Source of the DNA: Escherichia phage EC_OE_11
Length of the DNA stretch: 64,000 nt
Sequence record: OQ108497.1
Strand: one strand, 5' to 3'
The notes beneath the pieces are model-generated. The model did no database searches. It worked only from the letters and a program-made list of their open reading frames with translations, and was not told the origin of the DNA. A program made the position numbers and the translations under genes. Position 1 is the stretch's first letter. Each line of letters opens with the position of its first letter. Shown one piece after another: positions 18,088 through 27,826 of the stretch.

Positions 18088-19860
18088 TTAATAAGAACCA
18101 GCAGGAATATTCTCTGGGTTACTTGTGTATTGATCGTAATCGTGAAGTGTAGCTGTTTTAATCTCATAGAAGAAACTACCTGCTGCACCAGTCTCTGAGA
18201 ACTCACGATTCTTTAGAATGTAGCAATATGTGCGGTTACGTTCCATAGGATCTTCAGCTTGTTTATCACGCTCCAGCGCAATTGTGATACCAGCACCTTT
18301 AGCAAGGAAGCTACTACCCATTGCATCATCTTCTACAATATGTTCATTGCTATTGTTAGAAGACTTTTTAACGTGTGAAATTACAACAATGGTGATTGCG
18401 TACTCTTTCATAATGCGTTTGAGCCACGTCGCAAGTTCCTCTTGTTGTGACACGTCCATACCAGAAAGCAAGTCAGAATAAGGGTCGATAACAAGAATGG
18501 TTACTCCGAAATAAATAATCATTTCCAGAACCTTCTCTTTAATCACATCTACGTTAGCTCCACGATCATCACAAACATAGAAACGTGGTGTTCCATCTTC
18601 TCGTTCGTAAAAATCACGAATCTTTTCTTCATTATCTTTTAAAATCTTTTCCTTCTCTTCTTTCGTTTTACGGTGAAGAGGGATATGCAAGAATGAAGAC
18701 AGTAAGTTACGAGAATACTTCTTATACGTTGCCTCCAAAGATAAAATACCAAGAGTATGTTCTGGGTGTGCAAGAATAATGTGCTTCGTAATCTCGTTAA
18801 CCAACAGTGTCTTACCGATACTTGTTTTTGCAAGTATAACAGTAATTTCTTCTTCTACCAAGCCTCCACCTAACATATTAGAAGCAACACGCATGAATGG
18901 AGGAAGGGTGATCATTTTAGCTTCCAGGCATTCCAGGGCTGCTTCGTACAGTACGTTAGAAGCATAAACACCAGCAGGTGTGTACAGTTTAGCTTTGAAA
19001 AAGCGATCAATAAAGTGATCAATTTTTCCTTCTACTAACGCTTGGTTAGGATCTTTAACATCCGTTAGTTCCATCACGTAAACTTTATTACGTGGTAAGA
19101 TTTTAACACATTTCTCAACTGCTGCACGTCCAGCTTCATCATTGTCCATACATAGAACAATCTTTTTAAATTGATCTAAGAATTTATAACGATGTTGAAG
19201 CTGCTTATGCAGAGATGTTTCGCCACAAGTACCAGATACTACAGCAGGAACAGGATATTTACCACCCTTGTTATAATCTTTTAGCATCTGTGTTGCAGCC
19301 AGCATATCGTGTTCACCACCAACGATTAGAATAGTACCGCTGTGGTTACGATATTTAAACTCCCCAAAAAGATCACAATCCTTTCCTGTTTCACCGATAG
19401 GATGCGAAAAATCTTTTGGATCGATACGTTGTTTATACCCAGCAATATTGTAATCTTTAGTTGTAGGGTATAGTGTTGAAATTACTTCGCCAGTAGCTTC
19501 ATCGTACATATAGCGTACACCGAAAGGCTTAGAGATATCTTCACGAATACCACGATAACCTTTTGGATTAGTTCCAGTGCTGGCTTTTAGCTTATCATGC
19601 ACTTCTGGATTAAACTCACTACCCAAGATATCCTCCTCTTCAATTTCTTCGCCGTGTGCATTTAACCATTTTTGATCAGGGATAGTAAAGCCACAAGAAA
19701 AACAATGTGCGCCTCGATGGTCTTCATCGGCATCTAAGCCATATACCATTAAATTGTTTTGTGATCGATCACGTCCTCCTTTCATACAACGAGGACACCC
19801 AGTATGTCCTTCTTGACTTAGATCAATGTTATACCCATATTTATTTACAACATAAGACAC
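18088..19860 (-). CDS. bifunctional DNA primase/helicase (T7 gp4-like)
   Basis: 590 aa; N-terminal zinc ribbon (CPRC ... CFSCG), TOPRIM acidic motif (CMDNDEAGR), C-terminal DnaB-like helicase with Walker A (AKTSIGKT) and Walker B (LVIDPYSDL). Confidence 0.85.
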   Translation of the reverse strand: MSYVVNKYGYNIDLSQEGHTGCPRCMKGGRDRSQNNLMVYGLDADEDHRGAHCFSCGFTIPDQKWLNAHGEEIEEEDILGSEFNPEVHDKLKASTGTNPKGYRGIREDISKPFGVRYMYDEATGEVISTLYPTTKDYNIAGYKQRIDPKDFSHPIGETGKDCDLFGEFKYRNHSGTILIVGGEHDMLAATQMLKDYNKGGKYPVPAVVSGTCGETSLHKQLQHRYKFLDQFKKIVLCMDNDEAGRAAVEKCVKILPRNKVYVMELTDVKDPNQALVEGKIDHFIDRFFKAKLYTPAGVYASNVLYEAALECLEAKMITLPPFMRVASNMLGGGLVEEEITVILAKTSIGKTLLVNEITKHIILAHPEHTLGILSLEATYKKYSRNLLSSFLHIPLHRKTKEEKEKILKDNEEKIRDFYEREDGTPRFYVCDDRGANVDVIKEKVLEMIIYFGVTILVIDPYSDLLSGMDVSQQEELATWLKRIMKEYAITIVVISHVKKSSNNSNEHIVEDDAMGSSFLAKGAGITIALERDKQAEDPMERNRTYCYILKNREFSETGAAGSFFYEIKTATLHDYDQYTSNPENIPAGSY

Positions 19861-19872
19861 ATGATTCTCCTA

Positions 19873-20142
19873 CTAAAATGATTCGTTTGTCTCCATAATA
19901 TATTGCATTTCCAAATCTTCCATATGTTTCTTAAATTGGTAAACAATTTCCGATGGGGAAATATCTATATCAAAAAGTTCTTTTGTACCAGAATAAAACC
20001 TAATACCATCAACAATAAGACCACCATAATAATCCCAATCACTTTCTCGTGAGAAAGGATTAGGTTCTTCATAATAGTAATCTACTTCAACAATAATAGG
20101 TTCTTTATTATCTTGTTTATACTCAAAATCAAAAGTGTTCAT
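19873..20142 (-). CDS. hypothetical acidic protein
   Basis: 89 aa ORF. Confidence 0.3.
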   Translation of the reverse strand: MNTFDFEYKQDNKEPIIVEVDYYYEEPNPFSRESDWDYYGGLIVDGIRFYSGTKELFDIDISPSEIVYQFKKHMEDLEMQYIMETNESF

Positions 20143-21086
20143 TATAAATCCTCGATAAGCAGTCTGCGGGTTTCATTTAAATCATCAATATTGTAGTTAT
20201 CTCTTACATACTTAGCAAGAGCCAATCCTTTCTCAATACAAACATCAGGAGATTCGATTAAGTATTCTACAATATCTTTCCACTCTTTAACTGAATCAGC
20301 AAAGAAGATTAGATCTTTAAACTCTTCAGTATAATAGTTCTCTCGTGGTGAACAAACGAGTGGCAAACCTTTAGCACCAGCTTCAAGAATTTTTAAATTA
20401 CTTTTGGCATTATTAAAATGATTATTTACTAATGGAGCTATGGAGATTTGATGACCATCGTATGCTTCCATATAGCACTCATAAGGACGAATACCTTCGT
20501 AAACACAATCTGGTTGAATATCTTCTTTAATTTGCAACCATTGAGCACTACTTAACTCTTCATGATCTCTACGAAATCCACATAAAGTTAAATCTTTACC
20601 AAAACTAGGAAGAATAGCTAAATCATGTTTATGTGTTTCACTTCCCGCCCAAACCAGTGGACTTTTAGAATAACGATCTTTCGTAAGAACAAACTGTCCT
20701 TCATCAAAAGGTAGTCCATTAGGCACAATATGTACATTATCATTGTATTGGCTTAATTCAACCTTTAATGCTGGAGTTGTTGTAGTTACAAGATCGCTTC
20801 TTTCAAGGAACCATTTTAGATCATCTCGGATTTGATTTTCAAATAATCCTTCAAGCATATGTCCTTCAGGAATAATTAAAGAATCATCCAAATCCATTAC
20901 CAATTTAAACCCAAGTTGTTTAAGAGCCAGGAAACCTGGCTTTCCACGGGTTGGTACTCCATTGAACACAAAAATATTATGCTTAGGATTAATGGTCAGT
21001 TTGCGTTTATATGGCAAAATGATTCTATGAAAATCACATACACTATACTTTTCATTTCCGCGTGTGTCAAGAATAATATTAGGCAT
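20142..21086 (-). CDS. glycosyltransferase-like protein (GT-B-like), paralog A
   Basis: 314 aa; C-terminal KILEAGAKGLPLVCSP resembles the GT1 donor-binding motif; paralogous to adjacent gene. Confidence 0.4.
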   Translation of the reverse strand: MPNIILDTRGNEKYSVCDFHRIILPYKRKLTINPKHNIFVFNGVPTRGKPGFLALKQLGFKLVMDLDDSLIIPEGHMLEGLFENQIRDDLKWFLERSDLVTTTTPALKVELSQYNDNVHIVPNGLPFDEGQFVLTKDRYSKSPLVWAGSETHKHDLAILPSFGKDLTLCGFRRDHEELSSAQWLQIKEDIQPDCVYEGIRPYECYMEAYDGHQISIAPLVNNHFNNAKSNLKILEAGAKGLPLVCSPRENYYTEEFKDLIFFADSVKEWKDIVEYLIESPDVCIEKGLALAKYVRDNYNIDDLNETRRLLIEDL

Positions 21087-21097
21087 ATCGCTCCTTA

Positions 21098-22072
21098 TTA
21101 AAGACTTTCAATAACTTGACGACGCAGTTCATTGGCATCTGCAAGATTATAATTAAGACGAACGTGTTCTGCAAGCATCATACCACGATCTTCTGTGTAT
21201 CTAGGGTTTCTCATTAGCTTAACAACTTCATAATGCCAAGATGCTTTAGAGTCTGCATAGATAACAGCCTTTGCATCTACCGGATTGAAGTACGGCAGCA
21301 CAGGAGAACAGATAATAGGAAGACCCTTTGCACCTGCTTCCAAAATCTTCAAATTGCTTTTACAATTGTTGAAGTCGTTATCTACCAGAGGAGCAATTGC
21401 AATACTGTGACCGTCATACACAGACATATACTCACCTAAATTTTTAATAGCTGGTTTATACTGTGCATTTGGAATTTTACGTTTTACTTTAACCCACTCC
21501 GCAGTAGTTAGATACTGACTATTATTTCCAACAGGTGCAGAAGGATACACTTCATACCCTGCAATTGTCAATAGTGTATCATCAAATGTATTAGCTACAA
21601 GAGATAAATCAGGCTCATGGCTTGCTCCTCCAGCCCAAATAATAGGTGTGTCAGAATAACGGTCTTTTGTCAAAGTAAATTGACCTTCGTCGTAAGGTAG
21701 TGCGTTTCTAATAACGACAACATTACGATTTAAATGACGAATTTTGTAAGCTAGGTATTCTGTTGTTACTGTAACAACATCTGCTAACTTAACCATCTCT
21801 ACAATAGTCTTTGAATGATTAGTAAATACGCCAGCCATATAATGTTCAGGATTAAGTGAATAAAAGTCATCTAAATCAACAATAATCTTAACACCTTGTG
21901 CCTTCAGGCGTTTAACTTCGTCTGCCCCATGAGAATACACTCTATTAAAAACTAAAACGTCTTTCTTAGGTTTAAACGTATTTCCAGCAAATGGCATTAC
22001 AATACGATGGTAATCACAACCACTGCCTAACTTATTATCACACTTAAGTACAGGAGTATTAGGATTTACCAT
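21098..22072 (-). CDS. glycosyltransferase-like protein (GT-B-like), paralog B
   Basis: Start moved to ATG at 22072 (MVNPNT) behind GAGGAGG RBS (ORF track extends to 22111); aligns with paralog A including KILEAGAKGLPIICSP. Confidence 0.4.
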   Translation of the reverse strand: MVNPNTPVLKCDNKLGSGCDYHRIVMPFAGNTFKPKKDVLVFNRVYSHGADEVKRLKAQGVKIIVDLDDFYSLNPEHYMAGVFTNHSKTIVEMVKLADVVTVTTEYLAYKIRHLNRNVVVIRNALPYDEGQFTLTKDRYSDTPIIWAGGASHEPDLSLVANTFDDTLLTIAGYEVYPSAPVGNNSQYLTTAEWVKVKRKIPNAQYKPAIKNLGEYMSVYDGHSIAIAPLVDNDFNNCKSNLKILEAGAKGLPIICSPVLPYFNPVDAKAVIYADSKASWHYEVVKLMRNPRYTEDRGMMLAEHVRLNYNLADANELRRQVIESL

Positions 22073-22745
22073 ATTTTTGAGCCTCCTCATAAGAGATAAA
22101 AGTTTTACCATTGCGAAGATCCTCCAGTGATTGTTTATATTGTTCCCAGTTTACACCAATCCCCTGTTCTTTCTCTTCTTTTGACAGATTCGCAAAAGGT
22201 AAAGGATTGTCTCCAAACACATCGTCAGGATGGATAAACGCCATAATTCGAATAGGACATGGTACGCCTGGAATACCTCGGTTCAAACCTGCCAGCGGAA
22301 CGCGCTGAATCCACTCTGCATCTTCATACCCATAACCGTGGGTGTATGAGCGGAAATAGCCAGCTTTCTCAATAACTGCACGGGAATACATACCAAACTG
22401 GCACATCCCTAGTTCCCAAATAACCACTTCTCCTTCAATACCTTTTACTTTATCTTTAAAGTATTCAGGCATACCAAAGAAATCCCAACCATTTTCTTTT
22501 GCCTGTTTTACAAAATATGTTTCCCAACCTGGAACAACAGGATAACAATCATCATCAAAAATAAACCAGTAGTCATACCCTTCATCATAAAACTTTTTCA
22601 TCAGTTCATTACGGGCATATGCAACACCTTTTCGTTCCCGATCATACTGCACAACAAAAGTAGCATTAGGATCAGTCACAAGATAATCTTTAAGAGGACG
22701 CTTACCTACAGTAATAACACCAACACCGATTTTTGTATTTTCCAA
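22059..22745 (-). CDS. putative GT-A-like glycosyltransferase (DxD motif)
   Basis: 228 aa; WFIFDDDCYP resembles the GT-A DxD motif; low certainty. Confidence 0.3.
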   Translation of the reverse strand: MENTKIGVGVITVGKRPLKDYLVTDPNATFVVQYDRERKGVAYARNELMKKFYDEGYDYWFIFDDDCYPVVPGWETYFVKQAKENGWDFFGMPEYFKDKVKGIEGEVVIWELGMCQFGMYSRAVIEKAGYFRSYTHGYGYEDAEWIQRVPLAGLNRGIPGVPCPIRIMAFIHPDDVFGDNPLPFANLSKEEKEQGIGVNWEQYKQSLEDLRNGKTFISYEEAQKYGKS

Positions 22746-22754
22746 AATAACTCC

Positions 22755-23318
22755 TTAAATAATTTTATTCATGTCTTGACAATGTAAAAGGTGTGAAACA
22801 GCTTTCCTAGGATCATCACTACCTAAACGGTATGTGTGAAATAAATATAACCCACGTAATAAACCTAGCCTTTTGTTGTTAGCATGTAATGCTTTAGAGA
22901 AAATTATATCAAATTGTATTGACCTTTCCTCAAAAGGGATTTCATTCCACAGGCTCTTACGAAAGAGAAGAAAGAATCCTGCTAAGATAGCATCTGTAGG
23001 TACTTCCTCTATTGAGTTTCCCCATTCTAGATGTGCTCTTTTTGCAATTTCAATGTGGTGTAATATATTTGGATCTTCACTTCTTTCATTATTAAATAAT
23101 TGATATGTTGATCCCAGTCTATTACAAGATGCACCAAGAACATCAAAATCAGGATTTGAACGGACTATTGATTCCAACCAAGCAGGTTGTTCTGGAAGAA
23201 GAAACATTGTATCAATGTCTCTTAGGCAAATCCAACTATCTTCTGGTAAGACACTTATTGTGTCATTGATACCTTTTCCAATATCTCCAGAAAGATAGGG
23301 AGTTATGTGAAATATCAT
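22755..23318 (-). CDS. hypothetical protein (possible glycosyltransferase-associated)
   Basis: 187 aa; ICLRDIDTMF motif; same operon as GT-like genes. Confidence 0.25.
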   Translation of the reverse strand: MIFHITPYLSGDIGKGINDTISVLPEDSWICLRDIDTMFLLPEQPAWLESIVRSNPDFDVLGASCNRLGSTYQLFNNERSEDPNILHHIEIAKRAHLEWGNSIEEVPTDAILAGFFLLFRKSLWNEIPFEERSIQFDIIFSKALHANNKRLGLLRGLYLFHTYRLGSDDPRKAVSHLLHCQDMNKII

Positions 23319-23375
23319 ACTCCCTCCGTATTATTACTTTAGCATTTTTAGACTAAAAAGTCCAAATGGTTTTAC

Positions 23376-23570
23376 CTATTGATTACGTTTTGCGAGTTCC
23401 ATTTGGATAGCTAAACTGTGATCTCGTGCTTCCATATACTCTTTATATGTTTCATTAAGATGATCACGACAAACATCACGCAGTTTAATCAGTTTATCTG
23501 TAGGGATACCACTAAGATCATCCCAAGACTTTACAACTTCACCAGTATCATTGATCCCAATGGTTTTCAT
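23376..23570 (-). CDS. hypothetical protein
   Basis: 64 aa ORF. Confidence 0.25.
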   Translation of the reverse strand: MKTIGINDTGEVVKSWDDLSGIPTDKLIKLRDVCRDHLNETYKEYMEARDHSLAIQMELAKRNQ

Positions 23571-23826
23571 CTACAACCTCCTTAATTGCTACAGCACAGT
23601 TTTTGCAGATACACTGCCCTTTACCTTTAGAAATCTGGATGTAAGGTTCATTTTCATTTTCGCCCTTACGTGAGTCATATATTACAGAATTGAAGCACAC
23701 AACGCAAATATTTTTTAAGATTGTATACTTATCAACTTTCTTTTTTGTTTTAAAGTTAACTTCAATAACATCAGCCATCAGTGTAACACTCCCAGTATGT
23801 TGTTTTGTGACATAACCATAGAACAT
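23548..23826 (-). CDS. hypothetical Cys-rich (zinc-ribbon-like) protein
   Basis: 92 aa; CVVC ... CICKNC cysteine pairs. Confidence 0.3.
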   Translation of the reverse strand: MFYGYVTKQHTGSVTLMADVIEVNFKTKKKVDKYTILKNICVVCFNSVIYDSRKGENENEPYIQISKGKGQCICKNCAVAIKEVVDENHWDQ

Positions 23827-24056
23827 TCAACATTATCGTGACTACGTGAAAAACGTTCCCAAACATCTTCATCGACTCGTAAAGCTATACAAGGATAGAC
23901 GTTATCATTGATCATTTCAATTGAATAAACATCCACATTGTCTTCGTCTTCGATGAACATCATTGCAAACTGTTCTAAATGTTTCCTAATGTAATGTACA
24001 TCCTCTTCTGTAAGACCAATAACAAGATAACTTGCAACGATAACGCCATCTTTCAT
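23778..24056 (-). CDS. hypothetical protein
   Basis: 92 aa ORF. Confidence 0.25.
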   Translation of the reverse strand: MKDGVIVASYLVIGLTEEDVHYIRKHLEQFAMMFIEDEDNVDVYSIEMINDNVYPCIALRVDEDVWERFSRSHDNVECSMVMSQNNILGVLH

Positions 24057-24066
24057 CTATATCTCC

Positions 24067-24576
24067 TTAGCGATAGAATTGATGTTCTTTGTAGCGGTAC
24101 ACTAGAACCATATCTTTTTCCCAGTGTGCTTTTATTGTAGATTTTTTAAAGTATAATGCGCCTTTTGTAATATCTAATGCAATTCGTAATTCTGGAAAAT
24201 GGTTATCGAGATAAAGTAGACGTTCTGCTATAGCCTTAGCTTCCTTCCACTTATCGTGTTCCATAACATTGAATGTCTTCGTGTAAGAGAATTGTCCTTT
24301 TTGAAACAAAACTTCTTTTATAGTATCAGGGAAATATGAATCTCTCGCCCTATTCAATACTACATTACCAACAGCAGACATACCGCGCTTTCCTTGATTA
24401 CGACTTTCTGCATAGATTGCACAAGCTAATAGATTTTCTTTACTATCACGCTTTGTACACTTGTGAACTACTTTAGCAGTTTTTACGTTTGCAGCTTCGG
24501 CTTGCGCCACAACAGGTGTAAATGTAAAAGCAGTTAAGGATAGTAACGCAATTGCGACAAAGGTTTTTATTGACAA
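24067..24576 (-). CDS. SleB/CwlJ-like cell wall hydrolase with signal peptide
   Basis: 169 aa; N-terminal signal peptide (AIALLSLTAFTFTPVVAQA); LACAIYAESRNQGKRGMSAVGNVVLNRA resembles the Hydrolase_2 (SleB) core. Confidence 0.5.
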   Translation of the reverse strand: MSIKTFVAIALLSLTAFTFTPVVAQAEAANVKTAKVVHKCTKRDSKENLLACAIYAESRNQGKRGMSAVGNVVLNRARDSYFPDTIKEVLFQKGQFSYTKTFNVMEHDKWKEAKAIAERLLYLDNHFPELRIALDITKGALYFKKSTIKAHWEKDMVLVYRYKEHQFYR

Positions 24577-24639
24577 ACTTGCCTCCTATTTTGTTAAACG
24601 AACTTTTATTGTAACACAGAAGAGGCTGTTTTGCAAGTG

Positions 24640-24661
24640 GAGGGGGATAATCCCCCTCTTA
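24640..24661. terminator. GC hairpin
   Basis: GAGGGGG-ATAA-TCCCCCTC stem-loop in intergenic gap. Confidence 0.35.
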
Positions 24662-24668
24662 GACTCTG

Positions 24669-25283
24669 TTAGATATTGTAAACCTTTGTATGAGTTACTA
24701 CACCATCTTCTACAAAATCAATACGTTCTTGATCCGTAACTAGTGCAGACAACACTTTAAATTTAATTTTTACACGTTCAAAAGCTGGTTGACCATCTTT
24801 AAGATAATTATGTTCAGTTGTCACTGTCTTGTTTACAAAATCAACTTTTGCTTTACCGTTTTCGCGCAAATGGAATGTTTTCCCTGCTTTATACACAATT
24901 TCAACATTACCTTCAAGAGTAATTCCTTCAAAAAGTTCACCCTCGTCTTCATTTTCTTCTTCATTTTCTTCACTTTTGAACAGACGACGAAACTCTTCCA
25001 TATCAAGATAAACAACATCTTCAGAATGACTATCAGTAAGGTATGTCCTACCATCCATTAACCCGAAATATTGCCAGATTGCAGAATAAACATCACAAGT
25101 TGATCCTGCGGTTTCCTTTAGTTTAGTTCCACGGATTACTTCATAAACTTCAAAATTGAAACCAGATTGCAAAGCATTAAACAGTACATCACTAACCTCA
25201 AAAGCATAATCTTTATTGCTGTTAATATCTACAAGAAAATTGCCACTGCGAATAAGTTTTTTACCTTCTAAAGTAATACCCAT
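24669..25283 (-). CDS. hypothetical protein with acidic low-complexity stretch
   Basis: 204 aa; EENEEENEDEGE run. Confidence 0.3.
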   Translation of the reverse strand: MGITLEGKKLIRSGNFLVDINSNKDYAFEVSDVLFNALQSGFNFEVYEVIRGTKLKETAGSTCDVYSAIWQYFGLMDGRTYLTDSHSEDVVYLDMEEFRRLFKSEENEEENEDEGELFEGITLEGNVEIVYKAGKTFHLRENGKAKVDFVNKTVTTEHNYLKDGQPAFERVKIKFKVLSALVTDQERIDFVEDGVVTHTKVYNI

Positions 25284-25310
25284 TGTTTTCTCCTCTTTTA
25301 TTTCGAATAT

Positions 25311-25326
25311 GCGCCCCGAAGGGCGC
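25311..25326. terminator. GC hairpin downstream of TerD-like gene
   Basis: GCGCCC-CGAA-GGGCGC stem-loop. Confidence 0.35.
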
Positions 25327-25335
25327 TATGATTTA

Positions 25336-25932
25336 TTACTCGAACCAATCGTCGCCAGCGCCAAACGCTTTAACTACATCGTAAATGTCAAGCCCAGCTT
25401 TACCTACACCATATGCTTTCAGTTTCCATTCGCTATCTTCTCGCACCAGGGAGGCAACGTGGCAAATGGTGTTACCTGCAAGTTCTGGAGCCAAGAAGTC
25501 AAAGTCCAGCAGTTCAACATTACGTTCATCATCGAAGATTTTAAGGAAACCTTCGGTAGCGTGACCAAGGCGTTTCTTACCCGTTTCGTCATCAATAGTA
25601 ATTACGAATGCAATTTCCTGTGCTTCAGCAGAGATATTATCCAGTGTAACATCAATCTGCTCCATTTGTCCTACACCGTCACGAACATCTTCACCTGCAA
25701 AAGTAGAACGTTCAGGATCAAATTTCTGCGCGTAGCATACCAGGTGGCGAGGAGACAACAGTTCCGGCAGACCAGATGCGTTGTGTCGGCAAATCAGAGC
25801 ACTAACATCCAGATCCAGTTTTTCGTTAGATTTCCAAGAGAATTCCAGACGAATGCGTTTCAGTGCTGGTGCGATCTTTTTCAGAGAAACTTTTTCGCTA
25901 GAACCTTTTTTCAGGGAAATTTTCTGAGTCAT
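25336..25932 (-). CDS. TerD-domain protein (tellurium resistance TerD family)
   Basis: 198 aa, typical TerD size; N-terminal KISLKKG ... VSLKK; acidic Ca-binding-like segment FAGEDVRDGVGQMEQIDV; next to vWA, TelA-like and TerC-like genes. Confidence 0.6.
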   Translation of the reverse strand: MTQKISLKKGSSEKVSLKKIAPALKRIRLEFSWKSNEKLDLDVSALICRHNASGLPELLSPRHLVCYAQKFDPERSTFAGEDVRDGVGQMEQIDVTLDNISAEAQEIAFVITIDDETGKKRLGHATEGFLKIFDDERNVELLDFDFLAPELAGNTICHVASLVREDSEWKLKAYGVGKAGLDIYDVVKAFGAGDDWFE

Positions 25933-26004
25933 AATTTATTATCTCCTTTGTTGTTAATTTACGTTGTCTATTTTACTAATCTTTTCTACAAAGTCAAGCG
26001 TTTT

Positions 26005-26799
26005 TTACGCTTTTGCTCCAAATTTTTTAACCCACTCGCCAAACTCTTCGGATAACAGTTTATCGTAAAGTTCTTCATCAGACAAGGACAAATCTGCAAT
26101 ACCGATAAAATCAACATTATCGTACTCTTTTGCCAAGTCTTTCAGGAATTTAAAGTTTGCATTACCTACACCAACCATAAACCAGTAAACAGGTGTATTG
26201 CGGTGTTTGTTCAGCAAGCTACGTACTGCTGAAGTATCCATGTTCTCCCCGTCAGTTTGGAAGAAAATCATTGCAGGAGTACGATCAACTTGTGCATTAG
26301 TATCTACAACCTGTTCTACAACAGTACGTGTAACTTGTACAAGTTCTTTTTTACCAGTTAGTTTAGCAAGGAAACCTTTAGCCGGAACTTCTTCATACTC
26401 AACGACTTCGCGTGTAATATTTTTCATAGGTACACTGCCGAAGTATGTATCATAAATCTCTTGCATTACTGGAGCATAAGCTGTACCACCGTTGATGCAA
26501 ACATTAGACATGCAAGAGCCGACATAATCATCATACACATCAGCCGTTGCAGGAGGCAGTTCAAAAGAAGAACTATTGAAAGCCCACATGTCAATCTGTG
26601 CATTATCATCAAACTTCATACCAAACGGCAGCAGTTTACCTACAAAATCACTAACAGTGCCATCACGATACAGTTCACACATACTGCCCGAAATATCTAA
26701 GGCGCTACCGACACGAAGAACAACATCGTTAATCTTTTTCTTACGCAGAGATACAGTAAGAGTTTCTTGACGTTTTTTAAGACTGATTTTATTGGACAT
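26005..26799 (-). CDS. von Willebrand factor A (vWA) domain protein, TerY-like
   Basis: 264 aa; MIDAS motif LDISGSM; vWA-size domain; adjacent to TerD-like gene. Confidence 0.6.
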   Translation of the reverse strand: MSNKISLKKRQETLTVSLRKKKINDVVLRVGSALDISGSMCELYRDGTVSDFVGKLLPFGMKFDDNAQIDMWAFNSSSFELPPATADVYDDYVGSCMSNVCINGGTAYAPVMQEIYDTYFGSVPMKNITREVVEYEEVPAKGFLAKLTGKKELVQVTRTVVEQVVDTNAQVDRTPAMIFFQTDGENMDTSAVRSLLNKHRNTPVYWFMVGVGNANFKFLKDLAKEYDNVDFIGIADLSLSDEELYDKLLSEEFGEWVKKFGAKA

Positions 26800-26800
26800 A

Positions 26801-27070
26801 TTATTTCTCCTTTCTGAGTGTAATGTTAGTAACTTCTAAATCCACTTCTACTACTTCTGTATCATATAAAATACAGTTAAGTTGACCTCTTTGTGAACCA
26901 TTCAGACACATTGCTTGGTTTGTATTAACCTTAATAAACACTAAGTTTCTGAACGTATCTAAACCAGCATCTTGATAGGCAACATAATATACGAATGTAT
27001 CACCTGCGTCAAGTTCTCCAAAAGATTTAGGTTCATCTGATTTGTCGTCTTTGATATTAAATTTAAGCAC
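26801..27070 (-). CDS. hypothetical protein
   Basis: 89 aa ORF, 1 nt after vWA gene start. Confidence 0.3.
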   Translation of the reverse strand: MLKFNIKDDKSDEPKSFGELDAGDTFVYYVAYQDAGLDTFRNLVFIKVNTNQAMCLNGSQRGQLNCILYDTEVVEVDLEVTNITLRKEK

Positions 27071-27626
27071 TGTCTTCTCCTTTACCTGCTCTCAAGCCTA
27101 AATAGAAAGCCTCTCTGGTGATCTTTTGCAACTCGTTTAAAGAGATAGTTACAACTAAATCATCTTCAATTTCTAGCCTTGAGTCTTCTTCTGTCTCAAT
27201 GCAAGTATTATGCACTTTGTGGTAAGGATTGTCAACACGTTTAAATTTATTATTTTCAGTGCTGAAGAAGCAATCTGGATCTTCTTCTCCATCACCCCAG
27301 CCCTGGTTAGGGTCTTCTTCAGATCTTTCTGTTGGGATCTCACCTGTAAAGTGCTCTTCTAATACCAGAGCAATACCATCCCCAAGATCGGAAGAGAACA
27401 TCAAATTACAAACTTCTTCCCAAGGCATAGACCACTTGAATCTTTTACGATTGCCATGTTTATCTTCTTCGTTAGAGAAAACACCACCATAGCTATCATA
27501 ATTGCCATACATCTCTTCAACAACTTTACCACCTTTCAAAAGAAATAGGTAGCAAGGAGAGCCATCGAAAGAGGTAGAAAGAGCAGCATTACCAGACTCT
27601 TTGCACAAGAAACTAAAGCACCCCAT
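27063..27626 (-). CDS. hypothetical acidic protein
   Basis: 187 aa ORF. Confidence 0.3.
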   Translation of the reverse strand: MGCFSFLCKESGNAALSTSFDGSPCYLFLLKGGKVVEEMYGNYDSYGGVFSNEEDKHGNRKRFKWSMPWEEVCNLMFSSDLGDGIALVLEEHFTGEIPTERSEEDPNQGWGDGEEDPDCFFSTENNKFKRVDNPYHKVHNTCIETEEDSRLEIEDDLVVTISLNELQKITREAFYLGLRAGKGEDSA

Positions 27627-27826
27627 TATACACCAGCCTTAAGATCAATTAAAGCCAAAGTTGTTTCAGAATGTGTTTGCTCGTCTACAGGTGCAGTCAT
27701 ATGATAATACAAAAAGTCTTCGGCATCATACCAATCTGACTCTTGACCTTGTTTCCAACCATCAATGAAAGCATCTTCCATGATGGTTTGTAACTCTTCA
27801 CGAGTTAAGTGAATATCTTTACTCAT
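27626..27826 (-). CDS. hypothetical protein
   Basis: 66 aa ORF, translationally coupled. Confidence 0.25.
   Translation of the reverse strand: MSKDIHLTREELQTIMEDAFIDGWKQGQESDWYDAEDFLYYHMTAPVDEQTHSETTLALIDLKAGV

Noticed and set aside
25216-26055. 279 aa plus-strand ORF spanning the TerD-like and vWA gene region
   Set aside because: Antisense to two motif-bearing minus-strand genes, low-complexity Phe-rich translation, no RBS; treated as spurious.
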